The position numbers were made by a program, and so were the translations under genes. The notes beneath the pieces were generated by a model. That model was given only the letters and a program-made list of their open reading frames with translations, did not search any database and was not told where the DNA came from. A stretch of 64,000 nt of DNA. Origin: an uncultured Gammaproteobacteria bacterium. GTDB lineage: Bacteria; Patescibacteriota; Patescibacteriia; UBA9934; GWF2-40-263. The stretch spans positions 139,304 to 203,303 of the forward strand of contig CAZIDX010000001.1 of NCBI GenBank assembly GCA_964538435.1. The letters run 5' to 3'. Below are positions 19,449-29,182 of this stretch, in pieces (the first letter of the stretch is position 1; each line of letters starts with the position of its first letter).

Positions 19449-19961
19449 TTACACAAGCCAGATCATAACAATCCTCCAGCTCTCAGGCATCATAAACTGA
19501 AGCACACTCACAGCACCAATCAAATACTCAGCAACAGCAGAAGACTCAAGCCAAGTGAGCAATGTGTCCTCAGGCAAGATTTGCATAGCATAGTACGCCA
19601 CCACACCAACAACAATCACCCCTTCAATAAATCCAAACAAACCACCAAGTAAACGATTTGCAGACTTCGCAAACGGTATATGCTTCACAAACCCGAAGAT
19701 CTTTCCGAGCAGCCAAAACACAAGACCAACAAGCCTTGTGATGAGCAAAAACAAGAGGATAAACAAAATCACTTTCCCAATCCCGCTGTCCATTCCGATA
19801 AAAGCAAACAACTCTGAAACAGGATCAATGAGCCGAGTCGCAAAGATCGTTCCCACGAATGTTCCAACCAAAGATCCGATTGTGTGAATAAACCCAAACC
19901 AGAATCCAAAGAGCACAAACGCTCCAACAAAGACTCCAAGCACCATGTCTATAAAAGCCAT
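19449..19961 (-). CDS. cvpA: CvpA-family membrane protein
   Basis: GFWFGF, NRLLGGLFGFIEG; 4 TM segments. Confidence 0.8.
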   Translation of the reverse strand: MAFIDMVLGVFVGAFVLFGFWFGFIHTIGSLVGTFVGTIFATRLIDPVSELFAFIGMDSGIGKVILFILLFLLITRLVGLVFWLLGKIFGFVKHIPFAKSANRLLGGLFGFIEGVIVVGVVAYYAMQILPEDTLLTWLESSAVAEYLIGAVSVLQFMMPESWRIVMIWLV

Positions 19962-19965
19962 ATAA

Positions 19966-21396
19966 TTAGTCTCTACGAGGGAACAAAGCCTCCCCTTTCT
20001 CTACAACTTTACCATAGCGCTGCAAAATCTCTTCTGCTGCCTGTGGAATAATCGGAAGCAATGCATGCCCCACAAACCTAATCTGATCTGCCACCTCTGA
20101 CAGCACCTGCTTAGCGGCTTCCTCATCAGTTTTTACGAGCTTAAACGGCGCCTTCTTATCGATTGTCTCGTTTGCGTCTGAGACAACCTCAAACACCTTG
20201 TCGATGTATCTCTTAAAATCAAACTGCTTCATGAGTACATCAAGCTCCGCTTCTTTCTCACTCCAATCAACCTCAACTGCATTGAGCTCTCCCTCAAAAT
20301 ACTTATTCGACATTGCAGCAACGCGAGACACAAGATTTCCAAGCTGATTCGCAAGCTCAGCATACCGCAGCTCCATACGCTCACGAGAGTAGTCCCCATC
20401 CTCACACGGCGGAATCTCACGAAGCAGATAATATCTGAGCGCATCTGTTCCAAACTCTTCCACCTCCTCAAAAGGATCAACAACATTCCCAAGACTTTTA
20501 CTCATCTTCTGGCCATCTGCATTGATAAAGCCATGAATAAATATCTGCTTTGATGGCTCAATACCAGCCGACATAAGCATGGCCTGCCACATAGCAGATT
20601 GCTGCCTAAGATTATCTTTCCCCGCCACCTGAACACCAGGCCAAGCATCAGCAAACTGGCCGCTCTCATTTGGCCACCCAAGCGTTGAAATATAGTTGAT
20701 GAGCGCATCAAACCACACATACATCACATGGTCTTCGTCCCCAGGCACAGGAATACCCCAGGGCATCTTTTCCTTCAGACGAGAAATACTGAAGTCCTCA
20801 AGCCCTGACTCAACAAAGTTTGAAATCTCTTTTAAACGGTTTGCAGGCACAACAAAATCTGTTCGCTCCTTGTACAAATCAAGAAGCTTGTCCTGATAGT
20901 TTGACCATTTGAAAAAATAATTCTCCTCGTCCCGAAGTTCAAGCTCAAGATTTGGATGCACAGGACAAGCATTGTCCTCCAGCTCAGAATCCGTCTTAGC
21001 AAGCTCACACCCAACGCAGTACTTCACCTGATAGCGATCCTTGTAAATGTCACCGTTGTCGTGACAGCGCTTCCAAAATTCCTGCGCAGCTTTTTTATGC
21101 TCAGAATCACTCGTCCGAGCAAAATTTGTGTAACTCAAATTCAGCAAACTTTTAAGCTCATCAAACTTGGCCGCAAACTCATCCACATACGCTTGCGTAT
21201 CCTTACCCTCAAGCTTGGCCTTTTCAAAAATCTTCTGCCCATGCTCGTCTGTTCCAGTATTGAAGATCACCTCCTGCCCCTTTGATCTATAGTATCGAGC
21301 AACAGCATCCGCCTGAATAATCTCAAGCGCAAACCCAATATGAGGCTTTGCGTTTACGTATGGCAATGTTGTTGTGATGTAGAAGTTTTTGCTCAT
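19966..21396 (-). CDS. metG: Methionyl-tRNA synthetase (short form)
   Basis: YITTTLPYVN..PHIG, GTDEHGQK, YVWFDAL, KMSKS. Confidence 0.97.
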   Translation of the reverse strand: MSKNFYITTTLPYVNAKPHIGFALEIIQADAVARYYRSKGQEVIFNTGTDEHGQKIFEKAKLEGKDTQAYVDEFAAKFDELKSLLNLSYTNFARTSDSEHKKAAQEFWKRCHDNGDIYKDRYQVKYCVGCELAKTDSELEDNACPVHPNLELELRDEENYFFKWSNYQDKLLDLYKERTDFVVPANRLKEISNFVESGLEDFSISRLKEKMPWGIPVPGDEDHVMYVWFDALINYISTLGWPNESGQFADAWPGVQVAGKDNLRQQSAMWQAMLMSAGIEPSKQIFIHGFINADGQKMSKSLGNVVDPFEEVEEFGTDALRYYLLREIPPCEDGDYSRERMELRYAELANQLGNLVSRVAAMSNKYFEGELNAVEVDWSEKEAELDVLMKQFDFKRYIDKVFEVVSDANETIDKKAPFKLVKTDEEAAKQVLSEVADQIRFVGHALLPIIPQAAEEILQRYGKVVEKGEALFPRRD

Positions 21397-22067
21397 AGAG
21401 CTCTGATTACAATTACGAATTCGCCTTTAATACTAGTCGATTCGAGTTTTTCTGTCACCTCAGCGGCATTTCCTCGATAAATCGTTTCATACATCTTTGT
21501 CAGCTCCCGACCGACCATAACCGGCCTCTCAGGCATCCTCTGCCCAATCTCATCAAGCGCCTTCATGATCCGATGCGTACTCTCATAAAAAACAATCGTC
21601 TTCTTCTCCTCAACCAGCTTATCAAAGAACGTCATGCGACCTTTCTTGTGTGGAGGAAAACCGAGAAACACAAAATTGTCTGCAGGAAACCCTGACGCCG
21701 TCAGAGCAGCGATTGCAGCAGACGCGCCAGGAATCGGAACCACCACAAGCTCTGGGAACATCTTCAAAAGCTCCTCAACCAACTTCCCACCAGGATCTGA
21801 AATGCAAGGTGACCCAGCATCAGTAACCAAAGCCAAGTTTTTTCCAGCCTCAATCAGCCCAGCAATCTTTTTCACTTTTGCACCACCCGAGTGTTGATGA
21901 TAGGACATGGTCTTCGTGCCAATCTCATAGGCCTTAAGCAGCTTCCCCGTGACTCTTGTGTCCTCACAAAGAATGAGATCAGCAGAAGCGAGCGTGGTTT
22001 TTGCCCGCTCGCTCATGTCCTCCAAATTTCCAATGGGTGTTGCAACAACCTGCAACGTTCCTAACAT
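21393..22067 (-). CDS. rsmI: 16S rRNA C1402 2'-O-methyltransferase
   Basis: VATPIGNLED, CEDTR, DAGSPCISDPG, RELTKMYE. Confidence 0.95.
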   Translation of the reverse strand: MLGTLQVVATPIGNLEDMSERAKTTLASADLILCEDTRVTGKLLKAYEIGTKTMSYHQHSGGAKVKKIAGLIEAGKNLALVTDAGSPCISDPGGKLVEELLKMFPELVVVPIPGASAAIAALTASGFPADNFVFLGFPPHKKGRMTFFDKLVEEKKTIVFYESTHRIMKALDEIGQRMPERPVMVGRELTKMYETIYRGNAAEVTEKLESTSIKGEFVIVIRAL

Positions 22068-22069
22068 AA

Positions 22070-22816
22070 TTATTTGTTCGTCATCTTTTCAAACGCACGC
22101 AAGATCTCCAGCGGTACGGCAAACACAACCGTGTTTGATTGATCAGATGAAAGATCGTTTAGGGTGCTCAGTGTCCGAAGATGAAGCGCGCCTGGAGCAG
22201 CTGAAAGCATGTTCGCAGCATCAGAGAGATTCTTTGAAGCCTCAACCTCTCCCATGGCCTTAATCACAACCGCACGTCGCTCACGCTCTGCCTCAGCCTG
22301 CTTAGCCATTGTGCGCTTCATCTCCTCTGGAAGCGTAATGTCTTTAAGCTCAACGTTGTCAACTTGAATTCCCCACGGATCTGTGAGTGTGTCCACGATC
22401 TCCTTAATCTTATCCGATGCCTGCTGTCTCTGAGTTAAAAGTTGATCCAGATCCATCTCACCAACAACGTTACGCATGGTTGTCTGTGCCAGCTGACTCA
22501 CAGCATGTCGATAATGCTCAACCTCAATCACTGCCCGCGCAGCATCTTTTACCTTGTAATAAATCACTGCGTTAATCCGTGCAGAAATATTATCTTTCGT
22601 AATCGCCTCCTGATCAGGAACATCAACCGCCTTCACACGAATATCAACTTTTCGCATGCTCTGAAACGGCCAGAACACAAGCTTTAGCCCTGGATTGTAC
22701 GTACTCGTGTACTTACCAAGCAAAAACACAACACCGCGCTGATACTCATACACAACACGAATGGTCGTAATCAAGTAGATAATTATAACCGGGACCAAAA
22801 ATCCAAGTAATTCCAT
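22070..22816 (-). CDS. SPFH/stomatin (slipin) family protein
   Basis: EYQRGVVFLLG, ITKDN, LAQTTMR, MAKQAEAERERRA; probable start MELLGF at 22816 (the longer ORF reads through the repeat). Confidence 0.92.
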   Translation of the reverse strand: MELLGFLVPVIIIYLITTIRVVYEYQRGVVFLLGKYTSTYNPGLKLVFWPFQSMRKVDIRVKAVDVPDQEAITKDNISARINAVIYYKVKDAARAVIEVEHYRHAVSQLAQTTMRNVVGEMDLDQLLTQRQQASDKIKEIVDTLTDPWGIQVDNVELKDITLPEEMKRTMAKQAEAERERRAVVIKAMGEVEASKNLSDAANMLSAAPGALHLRTLSTLNDLSSDQSNTVVFAVPLEILRAFEKMTNK

Positions 22817-22848
22817 ATTTCTATTTTTAAACGTTTGGACACCAGATC

Positions 22849-22946
22849 GTCCGAGCTGCTGTGCAAGCATTACACAAGGTGGTGGTCGTCTATCCTGCGA
22901 GACGGCCCGGCTCCGCCGTGTGGAATGATTGCACAGTAGCTCGGAC
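22849..22946 (+). repeat. Dispersed structured repeat, copy 3 (core 22878-22917)
   Basis: Core identical to copy 2; arms GTCCGAGCTGCTGTGCAAGCATTACACA / TGTGGAATGATTGCACAGTAGCTCGGAC. Confidence 0.9.
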
Positions 22947-22973
22947 TCAACAAAGAACCCAAACAAGATACAA

Positions 22974-24089
22974 TTAATAAATTTCAGTTTCCGGATAGCT
23001 GGCTGCCCAACTGAACCAGAACGAACCTTTGAGTGTAACTGGCGCAAGCTTAATTCCTCGATAATCCCCACTCACAGCCTCTCCTTGAAAGTTCCAAAGC
23101 GAGCTCGTTGCAGAGTCTTTGAGAAAATCTTCGGTCTTTTCAAACTCCAACGTCTTTCCATCTACCACACGTGAAAAAGCACGCACGCTCTCAATCTCAT
23201 CATCCCATACAACAAGCAGATCTCCATCATGAATCACACCCGACTCTTGAATCATGCGCTCAGAATAAGCCTTGGCTCCATGTTCTCCATCATACCCGAA
23301 AACGAACTCCTTGGCATGCATACGTCCATCCTCGTTTGAAAGCGTGAACCACACATCGGCCGATTCATAATATCCATCAGAACCATACGGATCCTGCGTA
23401 TAATCCCGATCAAATCCAGTATCACGTGAAAGCACCTGCCCACCAGGATATGAACCCTTAAACGCATCCCAACTCATGATCAAAAACGGATGCACCGCTA
23501 GCTCTGCCCCTGTCTTCTCACCAACAACCGCTTCCCCCAAAGCCTGGCTCCAATACGATTCACTAGCGCGATCATACATAAGCAAGTTGCTATTCCAAAC
23601 CTTTCCTGACACACCAAACTCCAGCGCCTCCCCATCAACCTCTCGCTCATACACAATTCCGGTGTAACAGAGCGGACAAAACGTCACAAGCAAATCTTCT
23701 CCAACGAATGTGTCATTCACAATCTCATGCCACACCAAAATCTGGAACGGATAAAACCGAGCGAGTCCTCCCACCTCAACCACAATCCCCTCCCCATTAT
23801 CATCTAAATACAAATCAGCTGAGTACACACCTTCAAAACTCGGATCATCGATCGATGGAATCCCATCAACACGCGGATTCCCAACCTGAATCTCATCCAA
23901 GTTGATTGAATGTCGGACCCCGTCAGTCTCCCGCTCAGCGCGCGGATCAATCTCCACAACCTGACCATTCTCATCAAGCACAACCTCTTCAGGAACCGGC
24001 GATCGATAATACTGATGCTGGAAATACCAAATCCCACCCATGATCACCAAGGCCAGCAAGAGGACGCTATATGTGGCTGGTCTGCTCAT
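22974..24089 (-). CDS. DUF3179-like exported protein
   Basis: DGIPSIDDP, WHEIVND, TFCPLC, FGVSG..NSNLLMYDR, FWFSWAA.YP. Confidence 0.8.
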   Translation of the reverse strand: MSRPATYSVLLLALVIMGGIWYFQHQYYRSPVPEEVVLDENGQVVEIDPRAERETDGVRHSINLDEIQVGNPRVDGIPSIDDPSFEGVYSADLYLDDNGEGIVVEVGGLARFYPFQILVWHEIVNDTFVGEDLLVTFCPLCYTGIVYEREVDGEALEFGVSGKVWNSNLLMYDRASESYWSQALGEAVVGEKTGAELAVHPFLIMSWDAFKGSYPGGQVLSRDTGFDRDYTQDPYGSDGYYESADVWFTLSNEDGRMHAKEFVFGYDGEHGAKAYSERMIQESGVIHDGDLLVVWDDEIESVRAFSRVVDGKTLEFEKTEDFLKDSATSSLWNFQGEAVSGDYRGIKLAPVTLKGSFWFSWAASYPETEIY

Positions 24090-24197
24090 ATTCGCAACGA
24101 ATTTCAAGAAAAATCGATATACTTATACACTTGACTCTAGTTCTAACTGAACTATCATGCAAGCATTGATTTACTTATTATCACTAATAGAAAAACT

Positions 24198-24758
24198 ATG
24201 GAAGCATGCTGCCAAAACATGTGCGAAATGCAACACCCTGCACGCGTAGGAAAACCAGCCCCAAACTTTGATGTAGAAACAGCCGTTGCTGGAGGAGAAT
24301 TCAGCCGAGCAAAGCTCGATGACTACAAAGGAAAGTGGCTCGTTCTCTTCTTTTACCCACTTGACTTCACATTCGTCTGCCCAACTGAGATCACAGGATT
24401 CTCAAAGCGCTACGACGAGTTCCAGGCACTAAACGCAGAAGTACTCGGCGGATCAACAGACTCCGTGCACTCACACAAAGCCTGGCTCAAAGACCTCGGT
24501 GATCTCAAGTTCCCTCTCTTTGCAGACATGAACCATGACATGAGCTGGGACTACAACGTACTCATCGAAAACGAAGGAATCTCAACACGAGGAACATTCA
24601 TCATCGATCCAGAAGGAGTCCTCCGCTACGCCCTCTACCACGACCTAGGCGTAGGCCGAAGCGTAGACGAAACCCTCCGCGTTCTTAAAGCCCTACAAAC
24701 CGGCGAGCTCTGCCCAGTCGGATGGACCGAAGGAGACGACACACTCGGAAAGGCGTAA
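24198..24758 (+). CDS. ahpC: 2-Cys peroxiredoxin
   Basis: FYPLDFTFVCPTEI and LCPVGW. Confidence 0.95.
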   Translation: MEACCQNMCEMQHPARVGKPAPNFDVETAVAGGEFSRAKLDDYKGKWLVLFFYPLDFTFVCPTEITGFSKRYDEFQALNAEVLGGSTDSVHSHKAWLKDLGDLKFPLFADMNHDMSWDYNVLIENEGISTRGTFIIDPEGVLRYALYHDLGVGRSVDETLRVLKALQTGELCPVGWTEGDDTLGKA

Positions 24759-24774
24759 ACAACTCAATGCCCAT

Positions 24775-24799
24775 AAAAACCGCCCAACGGCGGTTTTTT
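24775..24799 (+). terminator. Intrinsic terminator
   Basis: AAAAACCGCC CAAC GGCGGTTTTTT. Confidence 0.8.
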
Positions 24800-24869
24800 G
24801 CTTGCTTTCAATAATCGTGTAAGCTACATCTTGTATGGACGATGGTGTTCAGAAAAGAAAGACCTCGCA

Positions 24870-25040
24870 ATGACCACCTCAGAAATCACAAGGACTGAGA
24901 CAAGACTTTGCCTCACATCACTAGTACTGGCCGCAACCGCCGGTCTGTCAATCACAAACGAGACAACAGCCTGGATCTGTCCAATCGCACTCTTCTTCAT
25001 GGTGCTGATTGTCTTCTGCATCGCGCTGATGCCCTCATGA
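24870..25040 (+). CDS. Small two-TM membrane protein
   Basis: Two hydrophobic segments; followed by a hairpin at 25061-25090. Confidence 0.5.
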   Translation: MTTSEITRTETRLCLTSLVLAATAGLSITNETTAWICPIALFFMVLIVFCIALMPS

Positions 25041-25214
25041 GCTTACGCACAGCTCAGCACGAGACGACCTTCCCCTGGGAGGTCGTTTTCGATTTCTAGA
25101 CCATTTCATATACACGTCGATCGTCACATATATGAAAAGACTTGCTCTTGACACAACTGCTTTTCCAACATATTCTCCCTTTCCTGACTCATGACGAGTC
25201 AAAGGAGGAAGCGA

Positions 25215-25325
25215 ATGAATCGCAAGGGTATGACCCAGGTCCAAGCACTGGCCCTGGTGGGTGGACTGTTCGGAATCGCCATGATGATCGCCTGCGCAAG
25301 CTGGATGATCTCCACAGCGATCTAG
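25215..25325 (+). CDS. 36-aa peptide resembling a class III (pilin) signal segment
   Basis: AAAGGAGG SD; MNRKG-MTQVQALALVGGLFGIAMMIACASWMISTAI. Confidence 0.55.
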   Translation: MNRKGMTQVQALALVGGLFGIAMMIACASWMISTAI

Positions 25326-25339
25326 ACCAAGGAGTAACC

Positions 25340-25375
25340 ATGAATCGCAAAGCCTTCACCCACCTGGACGACTAG
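25340..25375 (+). CDS. 11-aa micro-ORF MNRKAFTHLDD (pilin-leader-like remnant)
   Basis: AAGGAG SD; shares ATGAATCGCAA with the ORF at 25215. Confidence 0.3.
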   Translation: MNRKAFTHLDD

Positions 25376-25442
25376 ACAACACGAAAGACGACCTCTCGGG
25401 GTCGTTTTCTAATTATTTTTCAAGTGTTATCGTCAAGAACCC

Positions 25443-25471
25443 TTGACAATAACACCAAAAAAATGTATATT
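25443..25471 (+). promoter_or_regulatory. Sigma70 promoter of the pilin gene
   Basis: TTGACA-17-TATATT. Confidence 0.65.
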
Positions 25472-25505
25472 CGTTCTCTTAGCTATCCTGCTAAGGGAAA
25501 GGAAA

Positions 25506-25934
25506 ATGAGGATGTTAGGAGAGCTGAGGTCACACCTCAGAAAGGTCAAGAGCGAGAGAAGGGGCTTCACCTTGATCGAACTCATGATCGTACTCGCAAT
25601 CGTCGGGATCATCCTGGCCATCGTCGTCGGACTCATCATCTTCTTCGTCATCGGTAAGAAGGCGCTGCCCGCGGCCAAGAGCCAAATGGTTACCGACATC
25701 AACGCGATCGAGTGGGTCGAGGACGAACTCGACTACACCAACGTGCGGCTCATCGAGAGCTACCGCACCAACCCCCAGGGCGACCTGGGATGCGAGCAGG
25801 TCGACGACGCCGGTTTCAAGCTGATCGGCACAGACACGGACAACATCGAACACACCATCGAAATCTGCTGCCTGGGTTCGCCAGGAAGCAAGCCTCGATG
25901 CAACCTGGTCAACAGATCCGCAGAAGGGACCTAG
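25506..25934 (+). CDS. Type IV pilin-like protein
   Basis: RRG-FTLIELMIVLAIVGII prepilin motif; four C-terminal Cys. Confidence 0.85.
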   Translation: MRMLGELRSHLRKVKSERRGFTLIELMIVLAIVGIILAIVVGLIIFFVIGKKALPAAKSQMVTDINAIEWVEDELDYTNVRLIESYRTNPQGDLGCEQVDDAGFKLIGTDTDNIEHTIEICCLGSPGSKPRCNLVNRSAEGT

Positions 25935-25937
25935 ACT

Positions 25938-26399
25938 ATGTTCGGACTCATCCTCGCTGTCATCGGATTCATGTTCCTGGCTATCACCGGACACCCGCCC
26001 GAGGCCATGATCACCACGAGCACCCTGCTCTTCTGGTGGTACGTGGTGTGGCAGTGCGTCGGCGCCGTCTTCCTGGTGATCGGGATCATCACGATCCTCA
26101 CCACGGGATCTGTCGGAGGTTTCGCAACCGGAGCAACACTCGGACGACTCGGCGGAGCCATTCTCGGTGGCTTGATCGGCTCACTGGGAGGATTCGGACT
26201 CGCCGCGCTGTGCGTCTTCAGCTTCGCACTGAAGACCGTCCTACTGTGCGGCGGCTCCTGGCTCGTCATGCACAGCGGCTCCCCATCCATGGAGAGCCTG
26301 AGCGAGTTCAACTCGCTGTACCTGTACGGAGGAATCGCAATGGTCGCCATCGGCGCCATTTTCTTCTCCGGACGCTCGAGCTCCTCGAGCGACGACTAG
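25938..26399 (+). CDS. Hypothetical membrane protein
   Basis: About 4 TM, Gly-rich; 3 nt downstream of the pilin gene. Confidence 0.7.
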   Translation: MFGLILAVIGFMFLAITGHPPEAMITTSTLLFWWYVVWQCVGAVFLVIGIITILTTGSVGGFATGATLGRLGGAILGGLIGSLGGFGLAALCVFSFALKTVLLCGGSWLVMHSGSPSMESLSEFNSLYLYGGIAMVAIGAIFFSGRSSSSSDD

Positions 26400-26569
26400 C
26401 GCCCGGAGGCGCGTGGCTGAACGTTGTATTTATTGAAAAACGGATTCCTCTGGAGTGTGTTTCTAAATAGGCAACCGAGTCACAATGACGGAATCGAAAG
26501 ACGACCCCCTTGGGTCGTCTCTTTCAATTTTGGTGAATTTATTTCGTAGGTACGAACAAAATTCACCAA

Positions 26570-26800
26570 CTACAATTCAAGTAATTCCTCAAGCTTTGCC
26601 TTATCAAACCCCACCACAAGCTCTTCACCAACCTCAATCACCGGCACCCCCATCTGACCAGACTTGTGAATCATCTCCTGGGCTTTTTCTTGATCTGTGC
26701 TCACATCAACATCCGCAAACTCAACATTCTTTTCATTTAGAAACTCCTTCACCTGAATGCAAAACGGGCAGGTTGGAGTTGAATAGACAGTAACAGTCAT
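26570..26800 (-). CDS. Glutaredoxin/NrdH-like redoxin
   Basis: YSTPTCPFC, SGQMGVPV, VGFD. Confidence 0.9.
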   Translation of the reverse strand: MTVTVYSTPTCPFCIQVKEFLNEKNVEFADVDVSTDQEKAQEMIHKSGQMGVPVIEVGEELVVGFDKAKLEELLEL

Positions 26801-26808
26801 AAGCATGG

Positions 26809-28299
26809 TTAAACGTTTTTAAGAAGTTCAATGAGCATGCGAACTCCGTGTCCGGTTGCTCCTTTCTTAGTATACGAGTTATAAGCACGATCTGCGAACC
26901 CTGGCCCAGCAATATCAATATGAGCCCACGGCGTCTTCTCAACAAAATTACTCAAGAAGAGCCCTGCCGTTATCGCACCTCCCCAACCATTTCCAAGATT
27001 CTTTACATCTGCGATCTCAGACTTAATCAGCGCTGCATAATTCTTCTCAAGCGGAAGAGGCCACATTTTTTCACCGGATGTCTTTGCGCTTCCCAAGATT
27101 TTCTCTGACAACTTCTCATCATCGCTCATAACCGCAGAAATTTCCTCACCAAGAGCCACAACACAAGCACCCGTAAGCGTAGCAAGGTCAACAATGAAAT
27201 CCGGCTTCAGCTTCTCAGCGTACACAAGCATATCTGCGAGCGTAAGGCGCCCCTCAGCATCAGTATTTAACACCTCAACCGTTTTCTTATTCATCATGCG
27301 CAAGACATCATCTGGACGAATCGCGCTCCCTGAAGGCATATTTTCAACTGGGGCAAAAATACCATGCACTTCACACTTTGGTGCAACCTGATCAATCACA
27401 CGAAACAATCCAAGCACAGCAGCACTCCCAGCCATATCAGCCTTCATGCTTGTCATTGACTTTGATGGCTTGAGTGACAACCCACCAGAGTCAAACGTAA
27501 CAGCCTTCCCAACCAAACAAACCTTTTTCTTTGTTACAACCTTTGGTTTGTAAATCATGTGAACAAGATAAACCGGCTTCTCAGAACCCTGCCCCACACC
27601 AAGAATCCCTCCGGCTCCCATGCGCTCAAGACGTTCCTTATCAAAGACCTTGATCTTAATCTCTCCCTTTCCCTTTGCAATCTTCCGTGCCTCTTCCACA
27701 AGCTTATCAGGACACATATCTCGCCCAGGCGTGTTCACAAGGTCACGAGCAAGCATGGTCCCAACCGCCCCAATACGCCCGTCTTCGATTCCTCGATCGA
27801 TCGCGCGCACCAAGCGTCCATCTTCTGTCACAAGTGTCACGCTCGCAGGTGCCTTGCCTTTCGCTTTCTTGTACTCAACAAATTCATAATTCGCTAGCAT
27901 GAACCCCTCACAAATCGCTTGCGCACAATCATGCGCAGCAATCTCTTGATCAAGGCCGATGAGATCCATTGCAACCGTTTTCACTTTCAAGCTCTTAATC
28001 GCATTCAGCACGCTCCCAGCTGCTGCCCGGACCGTCTCTGCGCTCAATTCCTTTCTCTTTCCAAGCCCAACAACAAGAACGCGCGTTGCAGGAATCTGTG
28101 CAAACGCTCGTGACAAATAAATCGCTCCAAGCTTTGCCTTGAACTGATCCTGTTTCATATGCTTTGCAAGCCAGCCATCTACGCCAAGATTCACTTGCTC
28201 AAAAACACCCTTAGGCTCTTTCTCTCCCTCAAACGCACCAACCACAAGCACATCACATTTTTGTTCAAGAACGGCACCCTTTTGTACATTGATTTCCAT
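26809..28299 (-). CDS. pepA: Leucyl aminopeptidase (M17)
   Basis: VGKAVTFDSGG, MKADMAG, NTDAEGRL, DLATLTGA. Confidence 0.95.
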   Translation of the reverse strand: MEINVQKGAVLEQKCDVLVVGAFEGEKEPKGVFEQVNLGVDGWLAKHMKQDQFKAKLGAIYLSRAFAQIPATRVLVVGLGKRKELSAETVRAAAGSVLNAIKSLKVKTVAMDLIGLDQEIAAHDCAQAICEGFMLANYEFVEYKKAKGKAPASVTLVTEDGRLVRAIDRGIEDGRIGAVGTMLARDLVNTPGRDMCPDKLVEEARKIAKGKGEIKIKVFDKERLERMGAGGILGVGQGSEKPVYLVHMIYKPKVVTKKKVCLVGKAVTFDSGGLSLKPSKSMTSMKADMAGSAAVLGLFRVIDQVAPKCEVHGIFAPVENMPSGSAIRPDDVLRMMNKKTVEVLNTDAEGRLTLADMLVYAEKLKPDFIVDLATLTGACVVALGEEISAVMSDDEKLSEKILGSAKTSGEKMWPLPLEKNYAALIKSEIADVKNLGNGWGGAITAGLFLSNFVEKTPWAHIDIAGPGFADRAYNSYTKKGATGHGVRMLIELLKNV

Positions 28300-28354
28300 A
28301 GTTTCAAAAAACACGACTTAACGCCGTGTACTGTATCGAGAATCTTCTTCAAGA

Positions 28355-28696
28355 TCAACCAACCCTAAACTCATAAATGATTGGCAGTGTCATAAACAAG
28401 AAAATAATGATTGACATCACAAAAAACCAAAACACACGCAATCGCCAATGAGAGCAATCCCGCCCTCGCCAAAAGAGCCAAGCCACAAGAAAGATCCCAA
28501 AAAATGACAAAAACGTCTTAGTATACATCCCAGAAATCGGCCCAATCTCCTCTGAGAGTAAAAACCACTCCCAAGCCATCTCACTGCGATGCACAACCAA
28601 ATTCACAATCCAAGCAATATGCATGGTTACACTAGCCGCAAACACAGCTGCAATGGCAACTGATTCATGTACCCGAGATTTAAATAATCCAAACAT
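28355..28696 (-). CDS. Hypothetical membrane protein
   Basis: 3 TM segments; IGPISG. Confidence 0.6.
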   Translation of the reverse strand: MFGLFKSRVHESVAIAAVFAASVTMHIAWIVNLVVHRSEMAWEWFLLSEEIGPISGMYTKTFLSFFGIFLVAWLFWRGRDCSHWRLRVFWFFVMSIIIFLFMTLPIIYEFRVG

Positions 28697-28697
28697 A

Positions 28698-29132
28698 TTA
28701 AACAAGGCTTTCAAAAGCAATCATGAGCATGCATGCAAAACTCACAGCAATCGACACACTCACAACAGATCGATAACTACGCGCATGCTTCTCAACAATG
28801 TGATCTCGATACACAACAAGAACAATCAAAGACATGATCGTAAGCAGCACTGGCAGCTGGAACAAGAGCCAACGATGTGTAGCAAGAAGCTCTGAAAGTT
28901 CTGCAAATTCACCAAAGGTATAAGCTGGTCCAGCAGCGCCTGTAAACTCAATCGCCAGAATCCCAATCATCACAAACAAGATAAGCAAAAGCACAGCTTC
29001 AAGCCCACGCACAACATGTGTGCGTTTGCTCATGAGTGTACTGAGCGTAAAAGCTGATCCAAATAGAATCAGCGCAGCCCCAAACAGAATTGAGTTTGCA
29101 TCAATGATTTGCAAAAGTTCCATGCTCTCCAT
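28698..29132 (-). CDS. Hypothetical membrane protein
   Basis: About 4 TM segments; abuts the downstream gene. Confidence 0.6.
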   Translation of the reverse strand: MESMELLQIIDANSILFGAALILFGSAFTLSTLMSKRTHVVRGLEAVLLLILFVMIGILAIEFTGAAGPAYTFGEFAELSELLATHRWLLFQLPVLLTIMSLIVLVVYRDHIVEKHARSYRSVVSVSIAVSFACMLMIAFESLV

Positions 29133-29182
29133 ACGCACATATTGTAACCGAAATCGAGCCTGCATGCTATACTAAGCATCGT

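Noticed and set aside
22817-23071. N-terminal extension of the SPFH ORF
   Set aside because: It reads through repeat copy 3 and overlaps the DUF3179 gene; the family-typical start is MELLGF at 22816. Similar peptides (VVYSARRPGSA, SQDRRPPP) in other short ORFs are translations of the same repeat.
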